Assembly (NCBI GenBank): GCA_038231275.1
Contig: JBBRLQ010000009.1
Span: 1 to 64,000 of the forward strand
Direction: 5' to 3'
From: Polyangiales bacterium
GTDB taxonomy: Bacteria; Myxococcota_A; Polyangia; Polyangiales; Polyangiaceae
DNA: 64,000 bases
Shown here piece by piece: positions 48,126 through 61,034 of the stretch. The stretch's first letter is position 1. The number at the start of each line of letters is the position of its first letter. The translations under genes were made by a program, and so were the position numbers. Under the pieces are notes generated by a model. The model was not told the DNA's origin and made no database searches. It saw only the letters and a program-made list of their open reading frames with translations.

Positions 48126-48647
48126 ATGCCGACCTACCGCGAAGGCCCCACCATCCGTGTCCGTCTCGCCGACGACGGTCGTCCGCTCGGCGCCGCCGCG
48201 CAGGGGCGCATCGAGCGGCCCGTCGCCGAAGTGTGGGCCGCCATCGCCGACATCGAGCGCTACGCGCGCCACTTGCCGATGGTGCACCGCGCGACCCGTC
48301 GCGGCGATCGCGTCACGTTCGAGCTGAAGTTCCGCGTCGGTTTCTTTTCGGTCGGCTTCGAGTTCACCGCCGACGCGACCTACGAGGCCGAGAAGTGGCT
48401 CGAGCTCCGGTGGGTCTCCGGCGAGCCGAAGGACATTCGCCTCCGCTTCGAGCTCTCGCCCACCGACGAGGGTAAGGCCTGCCTCGTGGAAGGGGACGGC
48501 TCGTTCGATCTCCACTCCCTCGGGTGGCTCGTGAAGTATTTTCTCAAGCATCATCCGGAGATCCAGCACGGGATTTTCCCCGGCGTCGCGCTCGTCCTCA
48601 TCGACTCGCTACGTCGCTCCGTGGGGGAGCTGCCGCCCGCCAAATAG
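48126..48647 (+). CDS. SRPBCC/START (polyketide cyclase-like) protein
   Basis: PVAEVWAAIADIERYARHLP N-terminal signature. Confidence 0.8.
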   Translation: MPTYREGPTIRVRLADDGRPLGAAAQGRIERPVAEVWAAIADIERYARHLPMVHRATRRGDRVTFELKFRVGFFSVGFEFTADATYEAEKWLELRWVSGEPKDIRLRFELSPTDEGKACLVEGDGSFDLHSLGWLVKYFLKHHPEIQHGIFPGVALVLIDSLRRSVGELPPAK

Positions 48648-48735
48648 ATCGAACGGGGGACATGTACGTCCGTACGTGGACCGCGCGCGGCCGGCCTTTG
48701 TGTAGGCTCGTCCCACGCTCTCCCGGAGGCTGCCC

Positions 48736-51700
48736 ATGAATCGTCCGCTCGCTCCTCTCGCGTTGGCCGCGCTCGTGATGGGGGCCGTCGCGCTCGGCGG
48801 GTGTCCGGGCCAGAAGCCTCCGGTCTCCGGCGCGTCCGGACGGGACGGCGGCAAGACGACGACGTTCAAGATGAGCAAGTCGGGCGTTGGCTTCCGCCTC
48901 AGCAACGCGGACGACGACGAGGCGGCGGACCACGCGCCGAGCGTGAAGTCGACGGCGCTCTCCGCCGACGCCACGAACAAAGTTCTCGCACGCCTCCCCC
49001 CGCTCGTGGCCTCGCCCGACGACGATCAGGACTTCGCGCTGCGCGACAAATCGATGCCCGCGCCGCGCACCGGCAAGACCGTGACGGAGACGTTTCCGCC
49101 GCCAGGTGGTAGCGGTGGGCCTCCAGTGGTTGCGCCTACCGTGGGCGCGCTGACTGTCGTGCGTCACTCGCCGGAGGGGAACGTCGATCTCGCGCCGTTC
49201 CTCTCGGTGAGCTTCTCGCAGCCGCTCGTCGCGATCACGTCGCACGCCGATCTCGTGAAGCGCACGCCGCCCGTGAAGCTTTTGCCGCAGCCGCCCGGCG
49301 AGTGGCGGTGGCTGGGGACGCAGACGGTCGTGTTCCAGCCCGAAAAGCGCTTCCCGATGGCGACGGATTTCTCCGTCGAGGTCCCCGCGGGGACCAAAGC
49401 GGCGAGCGGCGCCGCGCTGGCGACGGCGGAGCGATGGACCTTCGCGACGCCGCCGGTGAAGCTGGTGCAGCAAGCGCCGCAGAGCGGCCCCGTCGATCTC
49501 GAGCCGGTGATCTTCGCGGACTTCGATCAAGAGATCGATCCGCAAGCGGTCCTCGCCACCATCAAGCTCTCGGCGGGAAACGGGGCGCCCATCGCGACGC
49601 GCCTCGCGACCGAGTCCGAGGTCGAGTCCGACAAGCTCGTGCGACCGCTCGCGGCGAAGGCGCAGCCGAAGCGCTGGCTCGCCTTCCGCGCGCAAGACAA
49701 GCTCACGCCGGCGACGAGCTACCTCGTCAAAGTGGGACCCGGGACGCCGTCCGCCGAAGGACCGAAGAAGAGCATTGGCGAGCAGACGTTCGGCTTCCAC
49801 ACCTACGGCCCCATGCGCATCGAGCGAGCGTCCTGCGGTTGGACGGATCACTGCCCGCCGCTCATGCCGTGGACCGTCGTGATGAGCAACCCCATCGACC
49901 CGAAGAAATTCGACAAGGCGATGGTGAAGGTCTCGCCGGATCTCCAGGGCATGAAGGTGTCGATGAACGGCAGCGCGATCACGCTGCAAGGGCGCTCCAA
50001 GGGGCGCACGCACTACAAGATCACGATCGCCGGCGGCATCGGCGACACGTTCCGGCAGACGATGGGGCAAGACGCCGACACCGCGATCGACGTCGGACCG
50101 GCCGAGGCCGCGCTCTTCGCCGAAGAGGGCGAGATGAGCGTCCTCGATCCCGCAGCGACCGCGACCTTGCCCGTCTACAGCGTCAACGAGCCGCAGCTCC
50201 GCGTGCGCCTCTACACCGTGCGCCCCGAGGACTGGATCGCGTACGAAAAATTCCGCGCGAACTGGGATCAGGAAGCGAAGGAGACGACGCCGCCCGGTCG
50301 ACTCGTGCAGACGACGATCGTGTCGCCGCAAGGCGCGCCCGACGAGCTCACCGAGACGCGCATCCCGCTCAGGGTCGCGCTCAACAAGGAGGGGCTCGGA
50401 CAGGTCGTCGCCATCGTCGAGCCCACGCACGCGCCGCGTAAGGACTGGGGCCGCCAGTGGCTTCGCACGTGGGTGCAGGTCACCAAGATCGGCCTCGACG
50501 CGTTCCTCGATCATGATCAGCTCTTCGGGTGGGCGACGGCGCTCGACACCGGCGCGCCGCTCGCGGACGTCGACGTCAGCATCCTCAAAGGCGGAACCGC
50601 GAAGAGCGGCGCCGACGGCCTCGCGCGCATCGAGCTCGCGGGTGCACCGGGCGATCTCCTCTACGCCAAGCGCGGCACCGATCTCGTGATCCTCCCCGAG
50701 CGCTACGGCTCGATCGCGGGTCTTCAAGGCGTCGGCGTCGCCCCCGACTACTCGCAGTGGCTGGTCTTCGACGATCGCCACATGTACCGACCCGGCGAAG
50801 AGCCGCGCGTGAAGGGTTGGGTCCGTCGCCAGAGCCAGCAAAAGGGCGGCGATCTCAAGATGACGCCCGACATCGGCAAGAAGGTCTCGTGGACGGTCCG
50901 CGACGTGCGCGGCGCCGAGGTCACCAAAGGCAAGACCGAGCTCGACGACGCCGGCGGCTTCGACTTCACGTTCAAGGTCCCGACCAACGCCAACCTCGGC
51001 CAGGCGCAGGTCGAGCTCCGCCTCGACGAGACGATGCTCGCGAACGCGGTCCACTACCACGGGCTCTCGTTCGAAGAGTTCCGGCGTCCGGAGTTCGAGG
51101 TGACCGCGCAAACGACGAGCGGACCTCACGTCGTCGGCGATCACGCCATCGCGACGGTCTCCGCGACATACTACGCGGGCGGCGGCCTCCCCAACGCCGA
51201 CGTCAATTGGATCGTGCGCGGCAGCCCCGGCCACTTCGCGCCGCCGAATCTCCCTGGATTCGCGTTCGGTCCCCAGGCGCGTCACGCCTTCTACGGCTAC
51301 GGCCGCATGCACGGCGGAGGCGAGACCATCGCGCCGGAGACGTGGACCGCGAAGACCTCGCCGTCGGGCGCCCACCGCCTCCGCATCGACTTCGACGCGC
51401 TCGAGAAGCCGGGACCGATGTCGATCCAGCTCGACGCGTCGGTCACCGACGTGAACCGCCAGGCCTGGAGCGCCCACGCGAACCTGCTCGTGCACCCCGC
51501 CGACCTCTACGTCGGCCTCAAGGGCCCTCGCGCCTTCGTGCGCGCCGGTGAGCCGATCGCCGTCGACGTCATCGTCAGCGACTTGGACGGCAAGAAGATC
51601 AGCGGCAAGAAGGTCACCCTCAAGGCCGCACGGATCGACTGGGAGCAAGAAGGCACCGACTGGGTCGAGAAAGAGCGCGACGTCGAGACGTGCGACGTCG

Positions 51701-54700
51701 AGACGAAAGACGACGCGCAGCGCTGCCTGCTCAAGACGAAGGACGGCGGCAACTACCGCGTCTCGGCGACGGTGACCGACGGCATCGGACGGAGGAGCGT
51801 CACCGAAGTGCCGATCTGGGTGCTGTCCGACCACATGCCGCCGATGCGCGAGCTCACCGCCGGCGCCGCGCAGCTCGTCACCGACAAGAAGGAGTACCTG
51901 TCCGGCGACACCGCGGAGATCCTCGTGCTCGCGCCGTTCGCGCCGGCCGAGGGCGTGCTGACCGTGCGACGCCAGGGGATCGTGAAGCTCGAGCGCTTCA
52001 CGATGAAATCGAGCGCGCAGACGATCGCCGTGAAGCTCGACCAAGGATGGCTGCCCGGCGTGTCGGTGCGCGTGGATCTCCTGGGCGCGGAGGTGCGCGC
52101 GAACGACGCCGGAGAGCCCGACGCGTCGCTCCCCAAGAAGCCGGCGTTCGCGACCGGTGGCGTCCAGCTCGTCATCCCGCCGAAGGAGCGCGCGATCACG
52201 CTGACGGCGCGGCCGCGCGACAAGGCGATCGAGCCGGGCGGCACCACGAGCCTCGAGCTCGACGCGAAGGACGCGCAAGGAAATCCGGCGGCGGGCACGC
52301 AGCTGGCCGTCGTGGTGGTGGACGAGGCGGTGCTCGCGCTCTCGGGGTACAAGCTCCCGATCCGCTTAGTGCATTCTACACGCAACGCCCCGATGGTGCG
52401 CGGGAGCTGGCGATCCGCGATCGCGTCCTCGTCGCGAAGCCGCGGGAAGACGGGGGCGGCGCCGGCATGATGCAGCGCCGAATGCATGCGGTAGGCGGGC
52501 ACGCGGGGAGCGGCGGAGCGATGCGGTCGGCCCCTCGCTCGCCGGCACCGGTGGCGACCGCGACGGCGGCGGCGTCCGCGGCCCCGGCCATGGAGGCCGC
52601 GCCCGATCGCGCCGACACGCTCCGCGACGAGTCGCGCGACGAGAAGAAGAAGGACAAGGCCGGCGAGGCTCAGGACAATACGCCGATGGCGGTGCGCACC
52701 GACTTCGCCGCGCTCGCTGCGTTCTTTCCGAAGGTGACGACCGACGCGAGCGGCCACGCCGCCGTGCCGATCAAGCTCCCCGACAGCCTCACGCGCTACC
52801 GCGTGATGGCGGTCGCGGTCCAAGGCGAGAACCGCTTCGGCAGCGCGGAGGCCACCGTGACCGCGCGTCTTCCGCTGATGGTCCGGCCGTCACCGCCGCG
52901 CTTTCTGAACTTCGGCGACAAGTTCGAGATGCCCATCGTCGTCCAGAACCAGACCGACGCGCCGATGGACGTCGACGTGGCGATGCGCGCCTCGAACGCG
53001 ACGGTCACCGGCACCGGTCGGCGCGTCACCGTGCCCGCCAACGATCGCGTCGAGGTCCGCATCGGCGCCGCCGCCGCCAAGGCCGGCATCGCGCGCTTCC
53101 AGATCGGCGCCGCGTCGGGGCGATTCAGCGACGCGAACCAGATGGAGCTCACGGTGTGGACGCCCGCCACGACCGAGGCGTTCGCGACGTACGGAACGAT
53201 CGACGACGGCGCGATCGCGCAGCCGGTCAAGATGCCGCCCGACGTCGTGCCGCAGTTCGGTGGCTTGGAGATCACCACGTCGTCGACCGCGCTCCAGGCG
53301 CTCACCGACGCCGTCCTCTACCTCGTTCACTATCCCTTCGAGTGCAACGAGCAGATCTCGTCGCGCGTCGTGTCGATCGCGGCGCTGAAGGACGTGCTCG
53401 GCGCGTTCAAGACGAAGGACATGCCCTCTCCCGAGGCGCTCCTCTCGAGCCAGAAGAAGGACATCGATCGGCTCAAGTCGCGCCAGTCCTGGTCGGGCGG
53501 CTGGGGCTTCTGGCCTGGCGCCGAGGCGCACCCGTACGTGAGCGTCCACGTCGCGCACGCGCTCGTCCGCGCGAAGGACAAAGGGTTCGACGTCGATCCG
53601 CAGGTGCTCGCGCGCGCGCAGAGCTATCTCCGCGGCGTCGAGGCGCAGATCCCGAGCTGGTGGCCCGAGGACGCACGCAGGGCGCTCATCGCCTACGCGC
53701 TCAACGTCCGCTGGCGCATGAAGGACGTCGATCGCGGCCGCGCCAAGGGGCTCGTCGCCGAGGCGGGCGGCGCCGACAAGCTGCCGCTCGAGGCCCTCGG
53801 CTGGATTCTCCCCATCATCAGCGAGGATCCGGGCGCCGCCGGCGAGCTCACGCAGATCCGCAAGCACCTGGCCAACCGCGTCACCGAGACCGCCGGCGCC
53901 GCGCACTTCGTCGCCTCCTACAAGGACGCCGACTACTTGATCCTGAACTCCGATCGGCGCGCCGACGGCGTCCTCCTCGAATCGCTCATCGGCGATCAGC
54001 CGCAGAGCGACGTCATCCCGAAGATCGTCACCGGCCTCCTCGCGCACCGCAAGGCGGGGCACTGGTCGAACACGCAGGAAAACGCGTTCGTTCTTCTCGC
54101 GCTCGACCGCTACTTCAACACCTACGAGAAGACGACGCCGGACTTCGTGGCGCGCGCGTGGCTCGGGGACAAGTACGCCGGCGAGCACGCGTTCAAGGGG
54201 CGCACGACGGAGCGGTACCAGGTAAACGTGCCGATGCGTCAGCTCGCGGACTTTTCGAAAGGCACCGATCTCGTCCTCCAGAAGGATGGCCCCGGCCGTC
54301 TCTACTACCGCATCGGCATGCAGTACGCGCCGAAGGATCTGAGGCCGCCGCCGATCGACCGTGGCTTCACCGTCACCCGCAGGTACGAGGGCGTCGACGA
54401 TCCGAAGGACGTGACGCAGGACGACGACGGCGTCTGGCACGTCAAGAGCGGGAGCAAGGTGCGCGTGCGCGTCGGCATGGTCGCGCCGTCGCGCCGCTAC
54501 CACGTCGCGCTCGTCGATCCGCTTCCCGCGGGCTTCGAGCCGATGAACCCTGCGCTCGCGGTGTCGGGTCCGATCCCGCAAGATCCCAAGGCCGCAAAAT
54601 CGCCGTACTGGTGGTGGCACAGCACCTGGTACGAGCACCAGAACCTGCGCGACGAGCGCGTCGAGGTCTTCGCGTCGCTCCTCTGGGAGGGCGTCTACGA

Positions 54701-54824
54701 CTACACGTACGTCGCGCGCGCGACGACGCCGGGCGACTTCGTGGTCGCGCCGCCGAAGGCCGAAGAGATGTACATGCCGGAGACGTTCGGCCGCGGCGCG
54801 GGGGACCGGGTCGTCGTGGAATAG
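48736..54824 (+). pseudogene. Alpha-2-macroglobulin family lipoprotein split by a single-base frameshift (may be a sequencing error)
   Basis: LGGC lipobox, DRHMYRPGE, EEFRRPEFEV, VVDEAVLAL; frame changes near 52356-52359; then LPDSLTRYRV, PRFLNFGD, thioester CNEQ, YVARATTPG, EMYMPE. Confidence 0.88.
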
Positions 54825-54848
54825 ACGACGTCGTGCTACTGAGGAGAG

Positions 54849-56177
54849 GTGGCACAAGCGCCCTCCAAGTCGTCTTCCACCGAAGGCGTACGCGCGCTCG
54901 CGATCCCGGTAGGTCCGCGCCTCGAGAAGGTGCTCGCCGTGGCGTATCGGGCGCGTCGGGCCGTGCTCCTCGAGGGGCCGACCGGCGTGGGAAAGAGCGA
55001 AATCGTCCGGCGCGTCGCCGAGCAGCTCGGCATCCAGACGACGATCCTCGATCTGAGCCTCCTCGAGCCGCCGGACCTCGTGGGCCTCCCCGTCGTGAAG
55101 GACGGGCGGACCGAGTACGCGCTCCCGCACGTGCTGCCGAAGGACGGCGCGGGCATCCTGATGCTCGAGGAGCTGAACCGCGCGGAGCGGTACATCCAGC
55201 AGCCCGCGCTCCAGCTCCTCTCCGCGCGCCGCCTGCACGAATACGAGCTGCCGCCCGGGTGGATGTGCGTCGCGACGGTGAACCCGCAGACCGCCGAGTA
55301 CCACGTAACGGCGCTCGACAAGGCGCTACGCGCGCGGTTTCTCCAGGTGAGCGTGCGCGCCGATCGGGCGTCGTGGCTGGCGTGGGCCCAGACGCAGAAC
55401 CTCCACCCGGGGATCCTCGCGCTCGCGCACACGCACGAGCGTCTCCTCGACGACGTGCCGCCGCGCACGTGGACGTACGCCTCCGAGCTGCTCCAGGCGT
55501 TCTCGCCCGACGAGCTGATGGACGGCGCGCTCCTCCGCGACGCGCTCGGAGGATTCTTGCCGACCGCGTGGGTGGAGGCGCTGCTCGCCTCGCAGGGCTC
55601 GTGGGGGTCGCGCCTCGCGTTCGACGTTCGTGAGCTGCTCGCGACGTACGCGCCCGGCACGCCGCGCGCGAAAGAGATCTCCGGCTACCGGGAGCAAGGC
55701 AAGACCGATCGCCTGGACGAGATCGTCGCGCGCCTCGTGCCGCTTCTGTCAGGCCCGGAGGCCGGCGTCCTCGCGGCGCAGAGGCAGCTCACGCTCGCGT
55801 CGTTCGAGGCGCTCGTCGCGGATTTGCCGGGCGATCAACGCGAGCGTTTGCAGGAGGCGCTCGGAGGAAATCCCACCGCCGCCACGCTCGTCGACGTCGC
55901 GCCGGGAGAGCTCGTCGCCGGATTTTCCGGCAGCGCCGCCGAGAAGAAGATCGCGGCATGGCGCGGCGATCCCAACAAGCGCCACCGCATCTCGCTCGCC
56001 GTGACGGCGCTGCGCTCGTTCCTCGAGCAGCCCGCGCGCCTCCCCGAGCTGAAACGAAGCAACGTCGCGCGCCAGTGCCTCGGGCACCTCCTCGTGCAGC
56101 TCCCCGAGAAGGACGCGCTCCCGCTCGTCGACACCTTGAAGCGCGTGGGCATCACGCCGGTGCGTCCGGGATCATGA
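54849..56177 (+). CDS. MoxR/dynein-related AAA+ ATPase with C-terminal extension
   Basis: GPTGVGKS, LMLEELNRA, ATVNP, LDKALRARF, PRTW. Confidence 0.88.
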   Translation: MAQAPSKSSSTEGVRALAIPVGPRLEKVLAVAYRARRAVLLEGPTGVGKSEIVRRVAEQLGIQTTILDLSLLEPPDLVGLPVVKDGRTEYALPHVLPKDGAGILMLEELNRAERYIQQPALQLLSARRLHEYELPPGWMCVATVNPQTAEYHVTALDKALRARFLQVSVRADRASWLAWAQTQNLHPGILALAHTHERLLDDVPPRTWTYASELLQAFSPDELMDGALLRDALGGFLPTAWVEALLASQGSWGSRLAFDVRELLATYAPGTPRAKEISGYREQGKTDRLDEIVARLVPLLSGPEAGVLAAQRQLTLASFEALVADLPGDQRERLQEALGGNPTAATLVDVAPGELVAGFSGSAAEKKIAAWRGDPNKRHRISLAVTALRSFLEQPARLPELKRSNVARQCLGHLLVQLPEKDALPLVDTLKRVGITPVRPGS

Positions 56178-57415
56178 CCGCCGCGCGCACGTCGCCGAGC
56201 GAGCTCGAGGCATGGCTCGACGGGTTCCTCCGCGATCCAGGCTTCCTCGAGGCCTACCCCTATTACGCGGCGATCCTCGCGAAGCTCACGCCGGTCGCCG
56301 ATCCGTCGGTCGCGCGCATGGCGGTGTCGCTTCACGGTGGGCGGTTCTACCTGCATGTCAACGTCGAGTCGTTCATGGCCGAGCCGCAGTACCTGCGGGG
56401 CGTCCTCCTGCACGAGGTCCATCACGTGGTCCTCGGCCATCTCGCGCACCCCAAGTTCGCCGAGGCCACAGAGCCGGAGCTCATGGATCTCGCGATCGAG
56501 ATGTCGGCGAACGAGTACATCGAGGAGCCGCTGCCGCCGGCGATCACGTGGCGCGCGTACGCCGCGGTGGGATTGCGCGCGCACCAGAGCACGCGCGATC
56601 GGTACGACATCCTCGTGCGGCACATGGAGGGGACGGGCACGCGGCCGCGCCCCGAGCAAGGAGAGCGCGGCGCCGGGACGATCGACGATCATCGTCACCT
56701 CGGTCGCGGCGAGGTGTCACCGGGAGGTGTCGCGCAGACGGGGCTCATGATCCAGCGCGCGGTCGCCGAAGCGCCGAAGAACGCGGACGCCGAGGACGAC
56801 GCGGATGGCCGTGAATCACGCCGTTTTCTCGTGGCGGGGCGGACGCCGGGGCGCCTCCTCGAAGAGCTGTCGGAGACGACGCGCGCGCCTGCCGAGGTGA
56901 TGGACTGGCGTGCGGCCCTCGCGATGTTCGTCGCGCGCGCGCGCTCGCCGGTGCACACGTGGTCGCGCCCGAGCCGACGGTTCCCTCATCGCATCTTCGA
57001 GGTGCCGGGCCGCACGTGGGCGCCGCGCCGCACGGAGGATCCGCGCCTCCTCGTCGCCATCGACACCTCGCTCAGCATGACGACCGCGGAGCTCGAGCAG
57101 ATCGCCCGGCAGCTCGTGGTCTTGTCGGAGCGCGCGCACGTCACGATCGCCGAGTGCGACGTGTCGGTCGCGCGGATTTATCCGTTCGCGGGGAGGATCG
57201 ACAACGTCGTCGGTCGCGGCGGCACCGATCTTCGCCCCATCTTTTCGCCCGCGGTGCTCGGTGCGCACGACGTCGACGGCGTCGTCTATTTCACCGACGG
57301 CGAGGGCCCGTTCCCACCGGAGCCCGCGCCGGTCCCGACGCTGTGGGTCCTCACCAAGCCGCTCGCGTTCCGCTGTCCGTGGGGTGAGCGCGCGCGCCTG
57401 CGCAGCACGGGGTGA
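56174..57415 (+). CDS. DUF2201-like metallopeptidase + vWA protein
   Basis: LLHEVHH (HExxH); MIDAS IDTSLS, GGTD, YFTDG; ATGA overlap with ATPase. Confidence 0.88.
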   Translation: MTAARTSPSELEAWLDGFLRDPGFLEAYPYYAAILAKLTPVADPSVARMAVSLHGGRFYLHVNVESFMAEPQYLRGVLLHEVHHVVLGHLAHPKFAEATEPELMDLAIEMSANEYIEEPLPPAITWRAYAAVGLRAHQSTRDRYDILVRHMEGTGTRPRPEQGERGAGTIDDHRHLGRGEVSPGGVAQTGLMIQRAVAEAPKNADAEDDADGRESRRFLVAGRTPGRLLEELSETTRAPAEVMDWRAALAMFVARARSPVHTWSRPSRRFPHRIFEVPGRTWAPRRTEDPRLLVAIDTSLSMTTAELEQIARQLVVLSERAHVTIAECDVSVARIYPFAGRIDNVVGRGGTDLRPIFSPAVLGAHDVDGVVYFTDGEGPFPPEPAPVPTLWVLTKPLAFRCPWGERARLRSTG

Positions 57416-57443
57416 TTCGCGACCTCGGCGCGGTTCGGGTCCG

Positions 57444-59195
<1,752 letters not shown>

Positions 59196-59316
59196 GGATA
59201 CGCCGACACCAAAGTCGACCCTAGCGGAGCCCGATTTACAAGGGTTTCGAAGGATCTCCTACCTTGGCGCCCCGGGATGACGGATACTGGATTGCGCGTT
59301 CGCTTCAGCAGTCGCG

Positions 59317-60987
59317 ATGAACGTTCCTCTCGCCGCACGCCTCGCCGTACTTGGGATCCTGGCTGCCGCTTGCGCGGGCGGGGCCGTCGCGGCGCGCGCG
59401 CGGTACCTGCCGGCGGGGCAGATCCTCCCAGGGCTGCGCGTGGATGGGCAGATTGTGTCGGATCCCGCGGACCTGCCCGCGCTGGTTCACACGCGTGTCA
59501 CATCGCTCGCCGCCCGAAAAATGAAGCTGGTTCTGCCGGGCGAGCCGGACCGACCGGTCCTCGAGGTGTCGCTTGGCGACCTAGGGCTCGCGGTCGACGA
59601 GGCGGCGGTCGTGCGCGCGGCGCAGCGTGTCGGCCACGAAGGAGACCTGCTCGAGCGTGCCGACGCCGCCGAGCGGGCGGCGGCCGGGGCGATCGACGTG
59701 CCGCTCTTGCCTACCCTCGACGACACGCGCGTGATGCCGCTCATGACGCGCATCAAGGAGACAGAGGACTCGCAGCCCGTGTCGGCGCGCCTCGATCTCG
59801 ACCGTCACACGACGGTTCCGGAGAAGCCAGGGCGCTACCTCGACGCGCACGGCGCCTTCGCCGCGCTCGAGCAGGCGGCGCGCGATCCCGACGCGACGGT
59901 GGTGACGATCCCGGCGGTGGAGGTCGAGCCGCGCATCACGACGTCGTTCGTCGCCGCGCTCGACGTGCACACCGTCATCAGCGAGTACGAGACGTATTTT
60001 TCGCGCGCGGGCGATCAGCAGCGGCGCGGAAAGAACATCGACGTCGCGGCGGCGAAGCTCGACGGCCTCGTCTTGTCGCCGGGAGAGCTCCTCAGCTTCA
60101 ACCAACTCGTCGGCGAACGGAGCGAGGAGAACGGCTTCCAGAAGAGCTGGGAGATTTTCAAAGGCGAGATGATCGAGGGCATCGGCGGCGGCACGTGCCA
60201 GGCGGCGTCGACGTTCCATGCGGTCGCCTTCTTCGGCGGGCTGGAAATTGTCGAGCGCTTGCCGCATTCACGGCCGAGCGCGTACATCCCGATGGGGCTC
60301 GACTCCACGGTCGTCTACCCGATCGTCGATTTGAAGGTGCGAAACCCGCACTCGTTCCCGGTCGTTTTGCACGCGAAGACCGAGGGGAACAAGCTTCGGA
60401 TGGAGCTCCTTGGCCCGTCGCGGCCGGTGCGCGTCGCGTTCGGGCGCGAGCTCTTGAAGACCGTGCCGTACCCGCGAAAGATCGTCGAGCAGCCGATGCT
60501 CGCGGGCAAGAAGGTCGTGGTGAAGCAGCACGGGATCCGCGGCTTTCGCATCAAGCGGTCGCGCATCTTGACGTTCCCCGACGGGACGCACCGCACCGAG
60601 ACGAACACCGATTTCTATCCGCCGACGACCGAGATCTACGAAGTCCCGGTGGACTTCGACGTCGCGCTGCTCCCACCGCTGCCGCACGCCGACGGTGACG
60701 AGGGCGAAGGCAGCGACTCGAGCGCCCAGACCGCCGCCGCCGCCGCCGCGACCACGACTACGACGCCGACCGCGACGCCGACTGCGACCGCGGCGCCGCC
60801 CGCGACCACGACCACGACCACGACGCCGACCGCGACTACGTCCACGACACCGACCGCGACGACGCCGACCGCGACTCCCGACGGCCAGCAAGCCGTGACG
60901 GATCTTCAACTGGTCGACGGACCGGGCTCGCACGCACCCACCAAAGGCCAGGCGAACCCGGCAAAGACCATCTGGGTTCGCCGGTAA
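59317..60987 (+). CDS. VanW family protein
   Basis: LSFNQLVGERS, GIGGGTCQ, ERLPHS, GLDSTV, DLKVRN; Thr/Ala-rich tail. Confidence 0.9.
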   Translation: MNVPLAARLAVLGILAAACAGGAVAARARYLPAGQILPGLRVDGQIVSDPADLPALVHTRVTSLAARKMKLVLPGEPDRPVLEVSLGDLGLAVDEAAVVRAAQRVGHEGDLLERADAAERAAAGAIDVPLLPTLDDTRVMPLMTRIKETEDSQPVSARLDLDRHTTVPEKPGRYLDAHGAFAALEQAARDPDATVVTIPAVEVEPRITTSFVAALDVHTVISEYETYFSRAGDQQRRGKNIDVAAAKLDGLVLSPGELLSFNQLVGERSEENGFQKSWEIFKGEMIEGIGGGTCQAASTFHAVAFFGGLEIVERLPHSRPSAYIPMGLDSTVVYPIVDLKVRNPHSFPVVLHAKTEGNKLRMELLGPSRPVRVAFGRELLKTVPYPRKIVEQPMLAGKKVVVKQHGIRGFRIKRSRILTFPDGTHRTETNTDFYPPTTEIYEVPVDFDVALLPPLPHADGDEGEGSDSSAQTAAAAAATTTTTPTATPTATAAPPATTTTTTTPTATTSTTPTATTPTATPDGQQAVTDLQLVDGPGSHAPTKGQANPAKTIWVRR

Positions 60988-61034
60988 CCGTGTTTTGGTG
61001 CTTATTTGACGCCTCGCCCGGCGCGTGCGATCGA

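Noticed and set aside
52340-52385. Programmed frameshift or phase variation in A2M
   Set aside because: Only a CCC run; no slippery heptamer or long homopolymer.
48598-55304. Long antisense ORFs (1226 aa, 804 aa) and similar ones such as 31317..33590 and 61002..63212
   Set aside because: Stop-poor shadows opposite well-supported genes in GC-rich DNA; no motifs.
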